The translations under genes were made by a program, and so were the position numbers. Shown piece by piece: positions 18,271-27,294 of a stretch of DNA of 31,089 nt. The notes beneath the pieces are model-generated. The model was not told the origin of the DNA. It did no database searches and saw nothing but the letters and a program-made list of their open reading frames with translations. Source of the stretch: a virus (Duplodnaviria; Caudoviricetes); IMG/VR virus record IMGVR_UViG_3300044724_005098, positions 1-31,089 of that record; one strand, given 5' to 3'. The stretch's first letter is position 1. Each line of letters begins with the position of its first letter.

Positions 18271-19324
18271 CGGTTGGTTTGTCTCTTGTTATCGCTTTGT
18301 TGTTATTATCAGTAACAATACCCCTGTTACCAATTTGTGTGAGTAAAAATCTATTGTATAATTTTATGCTGTCCTGTTCTGTGAACACGTGATCGAGTGA
18401 TCTCACACCTACAGTGAACAATAAAGCGATTTTTTCAATAGCATCACAATCCGTCTCGAGTTGCTTCAATGTGTTATTTATACGTGTGTGTGATATCGTG
18501 TCAGAAAACACAACATCGTTGACATTTGACATCATCAGCGTTGTGTACATTGTAGCTGCAGTTGATAAAGATTGATAATACGGTGAATTGTTTTTTTCAA
18601 ACTGTTCACCCGAGCTATTGGTAGTTAATCTTGCGGATCCTCCGGGAAAGGTAGATTTAGCGGATTTACTTGCTGTTTTATCGTCACTAGCACCTGTTAT
18701 TTGTGTTGTGGTTGAAGATATTATCGATTGCTCACTACACACAACAGTATTTTCACCGGCATTTACAAGAGATGTCAATGTGGTGGATTCCCCACCTCCA
18801 GGAAAGCTTGAAGTTATCCATGCTGTTAGAGATTGGTTGTTTTTTGTGGATATTCTCTCGGAATCTCCAAAATATGCGTCAAACGCATCAATAGTTTGTT
18901 GTATCACACAATCACTACTAGCTGATTGTATTATTTGATATGCTTTTTTAAAATCTGGAGATTTTACCACGCAACAATACAAATTAAACGCATGATCGTA
19001 ACATTTTATATGTGTATGTTGTGTATCACCAGTACCTACAGTGGTTAAATATTGTGACTCGTATTTGTTTGATGAGTTTAACAAGTAAGAAACGTGATCT
19101 TTATCATCATCAAACAGTTTGATTAATAATTCATCAACGTTTTGTGTGTATTGCTCAGCTTCGAGGTAGTGTTTTCGTAATTCCGGTAATAAACCATACC
19201 GGTTTGCTTCATTTAAAGTCGTATACACAAGCAATTTGTTTAACACACCCATATAAGTAGCTGCGTATATGTTCGAACACAGCACTGACACATGGTTTTT
19301 TATGTTGTTGTTTATATGACTCAT
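18251..19324 (-). CDS. Hypothetical protein, 357 aa, with a Ser/Thr-rich central region
   Basis: ATG 1 nt after the gp27-like TAA. Two FPGG motifs flank a low-complexity S/T tract. Confidence 0.7.
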   Translation of the reverse strand: MSHINNNIKNHVSVLCSNIYAATYMGVLNKLLVYTTLNEANRYGLLPELRKHYLEAEQYTQNVDELLIKLFDDDKDHVSYLLNSSNKYESQYLTTVGTGDTQHTHIKCYDHAFNLYCCVVKSPDFKKAYQIIQSASSDCVIQQTIDAFDAYFGDSERISTKNNQSLTAWITSSFPGGGESTTLTSLVNAGENTVVCSEQSIISSTTTQITGASDDKTASKSAKSTFPGGSARLTTNSSGEQFEKNNSPYYQSLSTAATMYTTLMMSNVNDVVFSDTISHTRINNTLKQLETDCDAIEKIALLFTVGVRSLDHVFTEQDSIKLYNRFLLTQIGNRGIVTDNNNKAITRDKPTDETATN

Positions 19325-19325
19325 A

Positions 19326-20957
19326 TTAGTCGATCTTGTCGTTAAATACTGCCGGTTTGTATCTGTATGGCTTGACAGTGAGCACGTTATTCGTGTAAGT
19401 GTTCTTCTTAATCACGTGCTGCACAGACACTGTCAAGTGATAGCCTAACAGCTTGTCGTCATATTCATTCTCTTGGAAACCACCACGGCGATCGATAGCT
19501 ACAAATGCACCGGCTTGCCTGGAGGGCATGCCCGGGACGGAGAACTCCATGGTGTTTCCTCTCAATATTGCATCCATTATTATACGATTACGACCCTCTA
19601 AAGCTTCTCTACATTTAGTAGCAACTGGAGTGGAGAAACTCTTGTATGTTCTGTTGGTTATTTTCGCATTATTGAGTATGAAACTAGGTTCTGCACCGCC
19701 TTCGCCACCCATTAGGGTTGAAAACACATTTTCTTTTAAGTACTTCCTCACATTTGATATATCACCACCTTCCATATGTACGTAAAATTGTTTATCCTTT
19801 ATGTTATATAAATTTACCATAGATGTGTTCAACACATCTATACAATCCAATGAGCTTGCCTCATGAAACATATAATTATTAATTGTGTTTTGTGGTATCC
19901 AAAAATTATTCAATGCGGAATGATGAGGACTGGTCCTGTGTTCGTTCTGAAACACGCTTGTCTCATCTGATCTGTTGTCTGATTCATCGGCTATGTAAAA
20001 CCTATCACGTGTTCTCACACCAGGGAAGCCAGGTCCTTCATCAGATTGTGTATGAGCATCTCTAAAGTATTTTCCTATGGGTGTTAAAGACCATTTGTCC
20101 GTGAATCTATCGCATCGGAGCAAGCATGGTTCCATCGTTTCTGTATCATGTGTGTGTAATGATAGCACATACGCGAGATCATCATACGCCTTACTATCTG
20201 TCGGTGAGGTATAAAACAGTTTTTCTCCACCTTTACTAAAATCATCTTCAAAAACTGGGGTGGTTGTGGGTGTTTTTAGTGTTTCTGTTATGATGTCTTT
20301 GATACAATCACCAGAGTATAAAGAAGCTTCAGGTTCATCCACAAGATATAGTGATTTGAATATACCTGTGTTTGACTGTCTCTTGAGCGCTAGTGGGGAG
20401 GACCAGCATATGTTTTTTTCAGCTAATAATTGCTGCCGATAATCCCAAAAATACACTTTTTTTAACTTTTGTCCGTCATTTCCTATAACATCTTCAACTT
20501 GTGTCACTGCAAAATTCATGCGAATGGTAAACACATGATTGTTGAGAGACAAAGTGCTCTGTATGTCATCCTCAACAGGCACGTCAAGTTCAATAAATAT
20601 ATAATCACGGCCATCATTACGAAATCTATACGGTGCTAGGTCTATAGGTTCACCAGCGATATACTTTAATGATGCTCTTTCAAAGCAATCTTTAGTGTTC
20701 TTAAACAACACATGACCGGAATGGTACCACCAACATATGTTGTCTTCTAATACTAGTTCTTCTATAGCTCCAGGTAAAAGTTTTGTCGTTCTACCATCAT
20801 TGTTCCAAAAGAACACTTGGTATTTAAATGGTTCACCGTTTAAATAGTTGTTAGTGGTGAGAGGTGAAGTGGATGGTTGTGAGCCAGCACTGCCTTCATT
20901 ACTAGAGTTTGAAGCGTTGACCAGGCGCCCATCAGTTGTTGTTTTATAACAGCTCAT
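19326..20957 (-). CDS. Baseplate hub protein (T4 gp27 / P2 gpD-like)
   Basis: C-terminal FSVPGMPSRQAGAFVAID...LGYHLTVSVQHVI...YTNNV is typical of hub proteins. Follows gp53 with an ATGA overlap. Confidence 0.7.
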   Translation of the reverse strand: MSCYKTTTDGRLVNASNSSNEGSAGSQPSTSPLTTNNYLNGEPFKYQVFFWNNDGRTTKLLPGAIEELVLEDNICWWYHSGHVLFKNTKDCFERASLKYIAGEPIDLAPYRFRNDGRDYIFIELDVPVEDDIQSTLSLNNHVFTIRMNFAVTQVEDVIGNDGQKLKKVYFWDYRQQLLAEKNICWSSPLALKRQSNTGIFKSLYLVDEPEASLYSGDCIKDIITETLKTPTTTPVFEDDFSKGGEKLFYTSPTDSKAYDDLAYVLSLHTHDTETMEPCLLRCDRFTDKWSLTPIGKYFRDAHTQSDEGPGFPGVRTRDRFYIADESDNRSDETSVFQNEHRTSPHHSALNNFWIPQNTINNYMFHEASSLDCIDVLNTSMVNLYNIKDKQFYVHMEGGDISNVRKYLKENVFSTLMGGEGGAEPSFILNNAKITNRTYKSFSTPVATKCREALEGRNRIIMDAILRGNTMEFSVPGMPSRQAGAFVAIDRRGGFQENEYDDKLLGYHLTVSVQHVIKKNTYTNNVLTVKPYRYKPAVFNDKID

Positions 20958-21313
20958 CGAAGTTGCTGTTTAATAGCACTTATCACATTGCTTATATATT
21001 GCTTTTTAATGATTTTTAAAGTGCTACCAGGTTCGATAAATTCTACAGGGTTGTCTATGTTGTTAGACACACATATCAACCACCACAAATGCATGTCACC
21101 ATATAGAGAATGGCTTAATACAGTATACGGTGTGAGCCTGTTAACTCTATGAAAGTAATAAAACCTGGTATCCATGTCATCGATGTTGAATCTCACGGTT
21201 TTCAGTAAGTTGTAAAAATGAAACCCATTGGTTTCTGTTTTGTGGATGCTTAGTATATTCTCAAACCGTGTTGGTGCGATTGTAGGAAGATCTGGCTGTT
21301 CGTTTTGAAACAT
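20954..21313 (-). CDS. gp53: Baseplate wedge LysM-like protein (T4 gp53-like)
   Basis: LSHSLYGDMHLWWLICVSNNIDNP...PGSTLKI signature. TAATG coupling with the upstream gene. Confidence 0.85.
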   Translation of the reverse strand: MFQNEQPDLPTIAPTRFENILSIHKTETNGFHFYNLLKTVRFNIDDMDTRFYYFHRVNRLTPYTVLSHSLYGDMHLWWLICVSNNIDNPVEFIEPGSTLKIIKKQYISNVISAIKQQLR

Positions 21314-22620
21314 TATCCGATCTTTCTAAATGGCGCCAGGCCTTGTTTAACAGCGTCTGGTGTTGTGTCTTCAATTGTTGATCTCTGCACTGTCACTTGT
21401 CGATTTTGTTGATTTATAGATGTGAACATGGAGTTTTGAGTTTCACCGAATATCTCTGTAACCGTCATGTTCACCTTGTACATGTCTGGAATTATTGTTT
21501 CAACATTGAATTGTTCTTGTGATTTATCACCGGAACCATCATCTTTCACCTCAGTAGGCACCGGTATTGTCATTTTACGGGTGGCTCCTACAAAAGAAAC
21601 GGTCATGTTTGCGATATATGCGTATTTTGCGTACCATGTACCATCCAGATTAGCTTCATAGATACATGGTGGATCGATCAAGTCTCTGGTCAAACGATTT
21701 GGTGAGTTTTGATACGTGAGCAAAAATAACAATTGCCAGTTTTTGATAACATCTCTGAATGATCCGGTGTTTATCAACGGAAACTCTAGTGTGTATGAAT
21801 TTTCTCTACCGGTGAATTTGAAAAGTTTTGGTTGTTCAATGTACGATCCCGGATCGGCTAAGTTGAGCGATTTAGCCAATCCCGCGGCAGTCTCTGTGAG
21901 ATTCGCAGCCATATTCAACAAACCCATGCCTTCGTCTCCACCAAATGAATTTTGAATGGTTCTGCTTTTCTCTTGTAAATATGGTAATGAATACACAAAA
22001 CCTGTATCTTTTGTGTAGTATAAATCATCATATGGAGCCATCACACCGGAGCCAGATGCTAATTGATCCGCGGTCTCCCCTACTGTTTTCCAGCCCTGTA
22101 ATATTTTTTTACCAAATTCATTCTCCGGGTTAGCTTCGTTTTGTTTAATTTTTTCTAACAATTGCTGCGGAGTCTCATTATCAAGTATTTGCTCCGCACC
22201 TCGTCCGGTTTTTTCTGTAGCGACAAACAGATTGTTAGCAATTTGATTGATTTGTGGATTTACCTGTATTCTTTTCTCACGGAGCATCAATGTAGGTACG
22301 TCCCATCGCGCTGTTTTAGGTGACTGGGTCCATGGAAAATCATTTATCACATCAACATGCTGTATTGTGTTTGACCCTGGTTGCTGAGACACACCAGCTA
22401 AATCCGGGGCTGGTCCATATCCTCGCTTTCGATTCGCGCAATCTGTCTCTTCGCTGTCATAAATACTCGCGTGTTCGACAAATTTCCATATGTATGACTG
22501 ATTTTGCCCGGCTGGTTCACTTCCAGAAGAATCTAACCCTTTGAGCAGCTTGCTAGCTACCGCCCCGGCGGCTGCTACCCCACCGGTGATCAATTGACCT
22601 TTGCTCAAGTTTAATTTCAT
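21313..22620 (-). CDS. Baseplate tail-tube cap-like protein (T4 gp48-like, tube fold)
   Basis: Lies between the tape measure and gp53. FKFTGRENSYTLEFPL...IDPPCIYE...IANMTVSF...KVNMTVTEI resembles the gp48/tube-cap pattern. Confidence 0.55.
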   Translation of the reverse strand: MKLNLSKGQLITGGVAAAGAVASKLLKGLDSSGSEPAGQNQSYIWKFVEHASIYDSEETDCANRKRGYGPAPDLAGVSQQPGSNTIQHVDVINDFPWTQSPKTARWDVPTLMLREKRIQVNPQINQIANNLFVATEKTGRGAEQILDNETPQQLLEKIKQNEANPENEFGKKILQGWKTVGETADQLASGSGVMAPYDDLYYTKDTGFVYSLPYLQEKSRTIQNSFGGDEGMGLLNMAANLTETAAGLAKSLNLADPGSYIEQPKLFKFTGRENSYTLEFPLINTGSFRDVIKNWQLLFLLTYQNSPNRLTRDLIDPPCIYEANLDGTWYAKYAYIANMTVSFVGATRKMTIPVPTEVKDDGSGDKSQEQFNVETIIPDMYKVNMTVTEIFGETQNSMFTSINQQNRQVTVQRSTIEDTTPDAVKQGLAPFRKIG

Positions 22621-22627
22621 CTATAAA

Positions 22628-22633
22628 TATTTA
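22628..22633 (-). promoter_or_regulatory. Late promoter box TAAATA within the perfect palindrome ATAAATATTTAT (22623-22634)
   Basis: Minus strand reads CATAAATA-TTTATAG-ATG, 7 nt to the start. The box overlaps the tape measure stop codon. Confidence 0.7.
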
Positions 22634-24574
22634 TGAGAACCACCGATCTCTAACACTTTCGCGGAACGATTGCACATTACTAACATTAGATTGTGTTGTT
22701 CCTGCAGGTATAACAGTGTTGTTTAACACCGTGCCAGTTTCTTTGACAGCGATTACAATCTCTTCTGATAATCGATTTAATATCACGTTGTTTTGCGCGA
22801 GTAATTTTATCATTTCTTCAAAAACATCGTTATGAAGCACATAACTATCTTGTGTTGGTACAATAGCCTCCGGTCCTTTTTCTCCCACTATAGTGGGTTG
22901 ACCTTTTGGTACTGGACCGCCATCTGCTCTCCATAACCAATAATCCAACTCATCATCAATCATCTCCCGTTCTTTAGCGCTTATGTCGCCTCTGTCTCTC
23001 AAGCTTTTTAAAATATCTTCATCTAATTCTTCAATCTGAGCTTGTGTGAATTGTTTTCGTGTGTTCCCTTGTTTATCCACGTGATACACGGGTTTTTCGC
23101 GTTTTGTACCTGAGTTGCGAGTCATTCCCATCATGCCTAGAAATTCTTCTACTCCCCAGCCTAAGAAATCCGGCAACATATCAACTAATGAAAACAGCAT
23201 ACCCACAACCCAGTCTTTCATGGCAGTTGCTATTTCACCAATCCAATCAAATGCTGCCGCTCCAAGCTGCCCGTCAGCGGATTTGTTTGCATATTCTTCA
23301 TCAAACATACCGCGGAAAAAACCAATAACCGGGTTGAGCATGGTCCAGCCTGGTACTAATCCAATGAAAGCCATTCCCAGATCTGCTACAGCCAGGCCAT
23401 ATTTACCATCTCTCCAGTGTTGAATAAAATCTCCAACATACCATAAGGATCCTATAAAAGGTACCATGCGTATATATTTGCTGATATACTTTTCAAATGG
23501 TTCACTGAATTGCTTTAGAAAATCAACAGCTACACCGCCCACTTTATCATCCTTTCTCTGGTTTGGATCCATGAATGATTGCACCATACCGAGGCCTAGA
23601 TTCAATATGGTACCGGCTCCCGGTTTTAGATTGACTAATCCTCGTGCTGCGAATAAAAGTGTATTTGGTATGTCGTCATTATCCCAAGCTTCTTTTGTTT
23701 TTTGAAATAAAAACAAACTACCAATAACAGGTATATATTCAGCATATGGTTTTATTTTCTCCCACACACCGGCGGCCATCTCAAATAACAAATCTTTCTT
23801 GGCCTCTGCTTTTACCTCACCATCCATACCTTGCGTCTGTGTGTCAAGATATGCATTCAATATATCAACACCTATCGCCAGACCATTGGCTAATCCAGGG
23901 GCAATGAACGTACCAACTAAGTTTAACAAACCTGATAGTAAATTTAATGCCATGCCGGTCCACTCTTTATTTTTAAAGTCTTCATACGCGAAATAGAAGC
24001 TGACAATGCCACCAATCACAGGTATTCTTTTCAAAAATGTTTTACTAGCCATTTTGGCGAACGGAGCTAAAAACACTTTCAAACCACCCATCAATCCATA
24101 TTTACCAATCGCGTCAACTGTGCCTTCCATGCCATCCCAATCGATATTTGCAGCTGTGAACAGAGCTGTCATACCAGCTGCCAAAGCCAATAGTGGGACT
24201 CCTATTGTACCTAACAACCCATCCAACCATGAACCTTCTTTCAAGTCTTTCATGGATGGTGTGACTGCTTCGAAACCTCTACCAACAGCATCAGCAAGAT
24301 TGTCTAGCGTCTTTGGTGTCATACCGGTGATATCCACCGGTGTAGAGTCCTTTACAACCTGCCTAGGTTTGTTCGCGTCTGCTTGAAATTTATCCCACTC
24401 GGATGGTCCTCCAGGGAGACCTCCTTGGTTTGATTCCCTATATGATTTATCACCATTTTTAATACAGCAGGTTTTTAAAGTCTTTAAGATTTCATCTAAA
24501 TACCTTAAATTTCCATCTGTGTCAATGTTGACACCCTCTATTTGAGATTTATTTTCGGAAGGCCCGGGGATCAT
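22631..24574 (-). CDS. Tape measure protein (gp29-like), 647 aa
   Basis: Hydrophobic G/A/L-rich helices, three (I/V)P(V/F)IG repeat units and a C-terminal ADGGPV...IVGEKGPEAIVP motif seen in tape measure proteins. Syntenic between the gp26-like and gp48-like genes. Confidence 0.75.
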   Translation of the reverse strand: MIPGPSENKSQIEGVNIDTDGNLRYLDEILKTLKTCCIKNGDKSYRESNQGGLPGGPSEWDKFQADANKPRQVVKDSTPVDITGMTPKTLDNLADAVGRGFEAVTPSMKDLKEGSWLDGLLGTIGVPLLALAAGMTALFTAANIDWDGMEGTVDAIGKYGLMGGLKVFLAPFAKMASKTFLKRIPVIGGIVSFYFAYEDFKNKEWTGMALNLLSGLLNLVGTFIAPGLANGLAIGVDILNAYLDTQTQGMDGEVKAEAKKDLLFEMAAGVWEKIKPYAEYIPVIGSLFLFQKTKEAWDNDDIPNTLLFAARGLVNLKPGAGTILNLGLGMVQSFMDPNQRKDDKVGGVAVDFLKQFSEPFEKYISKYIRMVPFIGSLWYVGDFIQHWRDGKYGLAVADLGMAFIGLVPGWTMLNPVIGFFRGMFDEEYANKSADGQLGAAAFDWIGEIATAMKDWVVGMLFSLVDMLPDFLGWGVEEFLGMMGMTRNSGTKREKPVYHVDKQGNTRKQFTQAQIEELDEDILKSLRDRGDISAKEREMIDDELDYWLWRADGGPVPKGQPTIVGEKGPEAIVPTQDSYVLHNDVFEEMIKLLAQNNVILNRLSEEIVIAVKETGTVLNNTVIPAGTTQSNVSNVQSFRESVRDRWFS

Positions 24575-24579
24575 GTAAT

Positions 24580-24585
24580 TATTTA
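24580..24585 (-). promoter_or_regulatory. Late promoter box TAAATA
   Basis: Minus strand reads TTAAATA-ATTAC-ATG, 5 nt to the start. Its TAA is the stop of the upstream gene. Confidence 0.7.
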
Positions 24586-25377
24586 ATCACTACTAAAGAA
24601 TCTAGCGTCAGTAATGATGTTAAATACATTGTCTCCGTGTTTTAAAGTGGTGAAGCGATCAGTATATTCCTTTATTTTATTAATCTCTTGTACAATGTCA
24701 CTAACCACAGTCATTGGCAGTGCTTCAACAATTTGAGTCAATTTAGTCGCATGCTTGTGATTGAACTCTATAAGTTTATCTTCAATTTTTAATGATTTAA
24801 TATATTTGACATATTCATACACGACAGCTTCCCCAACAATATTCTTGAATGTGTCTGAATCTTTTGCGTGTTTTGATACAACAGGTAGTGCTTTGTTATT
24901 AACCTCTATATCAACATCGAGTGTTGGTGGTTGAATGGTAACAGCAATATTATTTGCTTTTATAGTTTTCGGTTCAAGCATGCCTTTGGGTATCTTGAAT
25001 GATTGAAAATTATTATGCAGTGACTTTATATTGTGAAATACCTTGTCTCCGGATGAGTTCAGAGTGGGTACATCATATCCGAGCGTGTTCACGCGGAGGC
25101 CTACCAAAACAGGTAATCTATCAATGGATGAAAATGTTATATCTGGATCAACACAGCTCTCTTTTATCAAATTACTGGTCAGAATGGCATAATGTGTCGC
25201 GTTCACCGCAGTTGCTTCAAGTGCCGCTGTTATTATCTTTTTCTGATGCTGCACAGTTAATGGCTTGAATTTGACAGTCTTGTCAATCGATGGAACATAT
25301 ATGTCAACAAAATTTGAATTGTTCGTTTTGTTTATAGCGTCAATAATGCTATTGTAATCATTTTTTTTAGTTGCCAT
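24583..25377 (-). CDS. gp26: Baseplate hub assembly protein (T4 gp26-like), 264 aa
   Basis: IYVPSIDKTVKFKPLTVQHQKKII...IDRLPVLVGLRVNTLG and C-terminal ...ARFF match the gp26 family pattern. Confidence 0.75.
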   Translation of the reverse strand: MATKKNDYNSIIDAINKTNNSNFVDIYVPSIDKTVKFKPLTVQHQKKIITAALEATAVNATHYAILTSNLIKESCVDPDITFSSIDRLPVLVGLRVNTLGYDVPTLNSSGDKVFHNIKSLHNNFQSFKIPKGMLEPKTIKANNIAVTIQPPTLDVDIEVNNKALPVVSKHAKDSDTFKNIVGEAVVYEYVKYIKSLKIEDKLIEFNHKHATKLTQIVEALPMTVVSDIVQEINKIKEYTDRFTTLKHGDNVFNIITDARFFSSD

Positions 25378-25382
25378 TGATA

Positions 25383-25388
25383 TATTTA
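25383..25388 (-). promoter_or_regulatory. Late promoter box TAAATA
   Basis: Minus strand reads TTAAATA-TATCA-ATG, 5 nt to the start. Confidence 0.7.
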
Positions 25389-25400
25389 ATGTTATTGATG

Positions 25401-26309
25401 TTAAAGTCCACCAGGTGGTTTGGCTCCTATCTGAGGTGTTTTAGATTCGTTGGCCTTTTTCTGCTCCTCAATTTCTCTAGCTTTTCGTTGTGTATAAATT
25501 GATGTCTCTATTGGTGTCATTTCAAATGCATATTTTGAGTCAAAATTCATAACATTACACAAATTATACATTGTAGTATACATGTCGTTTAAGCTATAAT
25601 TGTATGACATTTTCACTAGATCAAACATTGTCTTATCATAAATGCCTAGTTTGTATTTTTTCTCTTTAGAATCTTCATCGTGAGGGTTTTTATCGGTAAA
25701 AAACACTAGATCGTGAAATCCTTTGTAATACACATTACCAGCTTGTAATATCTTCTTAAAATTTACACCGGGGATATTGTTCATAATGTTGTTTTTTTGT
25801 TCAAGTGTCAATTTTTTCATATCAAACACCTGATCTTTGATCGTGATCTCTTGCACAATGTCTATAAACATGTCTAATGATGTCAATGATGTGTTGTGAA
25901 ACATGTTAGTTGGTGTACCTACTGTGACGCTATATTCTTTATTCAACCGGATCATGCGTGGTTGATTGTATTTGACATCACTAACCAATTGCAGGACGGT
26001 GTTCAAATCAATCACTCCGTTATAGTTTTGAGAAGTTTTTTCACATGTCATGGTTAGTTTGATTTCCGGTCCCATACTAACGATTCTCGCGGTGAGTAAC
26101 ACACAAAACTTGTCCACTTTGTTTAAATTTTTATAACCACCGGTGATATGATCTAGCAATCGATGAAAATATGAATCCAACCCGGGGTCATCATTGTTAG
26201 CTATATATTTAGACATCACAACGACATGCTTGTTTTTTACTTCTTTTGCATTGATATACTCTGCTGCGCTTGGTATATACACAGGATACAGGAACTCCTC
26301 ACAGCTCAT
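25401..26309 (-). CDS. gp26-like hub assembly protein with a gp51-like C-terminus, 302 aa
   Basis: Start reassigned from TTG 26324 to ATG 26309, 5 nt after TAAATA. VYIPS...VDKFCVLLTARIVSMG...MTC is gp26-like. SLNDMYTTMYNL...EMTPIETSIY...EEQKK is gp51-like. Confidence 0.65.
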   Translation of the reverse strand: MSCEEFLYPVYIPSAAEYINAKEVKNKHVVVMSKYIANNDDPGLDSYFHRLLDHITGGYKNLNKVDKFCVLLTARIVSMGPEIKLTMTCEKTSQNYNGVIDLNTVLQLVSDVKYNQPRMIRLNKEYSVTVGTPTNMFHNTSLTSLDMFIDIVQEITIKDQVFDMKKLTLEQKNNIMNNIPGVNFKKILQAGNVYYKGFHDLVFFTDKNPHDEDSKEKKYKLGIYDKTMFDLVKMSYNYSLNDMYTTMYNLCNVMNFDSKYAFEMTPIETSIYTQRKAREIEEQKKANESKTPQIGAKPPGGL

Positions 26310-26314
26310 GATTG

Positions 26315-26320
26315 TATTTA
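26315..26320 (-). promoter_or_regulatory. Late promoter box TAAATA
   Basis: Minus strand reads GATAAATA-CAATC-ATG(26309). Confidence 0.7.
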
Positions 26321-26329
26321 TCAAATATA

Positions 26330-27274
26330 TTAACCTAAACCAACCGCCTTTTTAGCAGCGTTGATGCTCTTACCGACCACGTCTACTCCAGTGACTTGTG
26401 TGACGCCGTTAATTATGTTAGGTATGGAGCCGGATGAGAATGACTCTATTATCTCTTCAACAGGAATGAAAGGTATACCACCTACTGTGTAGTGTGTGTA
26501 ATTCCATTGTGTGCTGATGAGTTGTGGTGCGGACGCGTTCGTTGGATTGTTCTGTGCCGCCATTTGAAATGGTACACAATTGAAAAAACGGAAAACCTTT
26601 CTCTGAACTGAAGATCTTTTCTGATATGTTTTCGCTAATTGAATAACTGTCATGTTTGTTTTGATATTCATTGGATCTATGGCACCAGATTCTGGATCAT
26701 CTCCTGGCCTAGCTACCAACCCTAGATGTGAAGCTGTAATTATCCACGGTCTGATCACAAAATCTAGAAAAGATGTGTTTGTTTCTAAAAATTGTATGTC
26801 AAGCTGAGCCAGTGGAGCGCGTGGCTCGGCGTATAACCCACCAATAAAACCACGGTTTTTCGGTGTCCCCATGTATTTATACGATGCACTCTCTCCTGGT
26901 AAGTTTATACCTTGGGCAAAATAACACCCGGCTATTTTTTGATACATGTAGCTTGATGTGGTTCTAAGGTTTTTATCTATGTTGTTACCTATTTTATCAC
27001 CATCACCTACTGGTTCGAGTGTCTGCAACATGGCTGTACTCACAACTGGTGGTATGTGATCTATTAGTAACAACCACATGAACTGGTTTGGTATACTACC
27101 AGACCATGTGGAGAGCATGCGGAGAAAGTGGTTTCTGTAACTAACCAATGGTACTAGTGGTACATTGGTACCAAACAATTCTATTGCACCGCCCGCGGGG
27201 TTTTGCAGCACACTACTCGCGGCGCCTTTTAATGCACCACCGGCTGACCTTAATAAATCACCTGCGAAGTTCAT
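26330..27274 (-). CDS. Tail tube-fold protein, probable baseplate tube initiator (T4 gp54-like)
   Basis: AQGINLPGES...LDIQFLET...IRPW...VIQL...FRFFNCVP...WNY follows the gp19/gp54 tube fold pattern. Directly downstream of gp19. Confidence 0.6.
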   Translation of the reverse strand: MNFAGDLLRSAGGALKGAASSVLQNPAGGAIELFGTNVPLVPLVSYRNHFLRMLSTWSGSIPNQFMWLLLIDHIPPVVSTAMLQTLEPVGDGDKIGNNIDKNLRTTSSYMYQKIAGCYFAQGINLPGESASYKYMGTPKNRGFIGGLYAEPRAPLAQLDIQFLETNTSFLDFVIRPWIITASHLGLVARPGDDPESGAIDPMNIKTNMTVIQLAKTYQKRSSVQRKVFRFFNCVPFQMAAQNNPTNASAPQLISTQWNYTHYTVGGIPFIPVEEIIESFSSGSIPNIINGVTQVTGVDVVGKSINAAKKAVGLG

Positions 27275-27281
27275 ACATAAT

Positions 27282-27287
27282 TACTTA
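27282..27287 (-). promoter_or_regulatory. Late promoter box variant TAAGTA
   Basis: Minus strand reads CATAAGTA-ATTATGT-ATG, 7 nt to the start. Confidence 0.6.
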
Positions 27288-27294
27288 TGTACGA

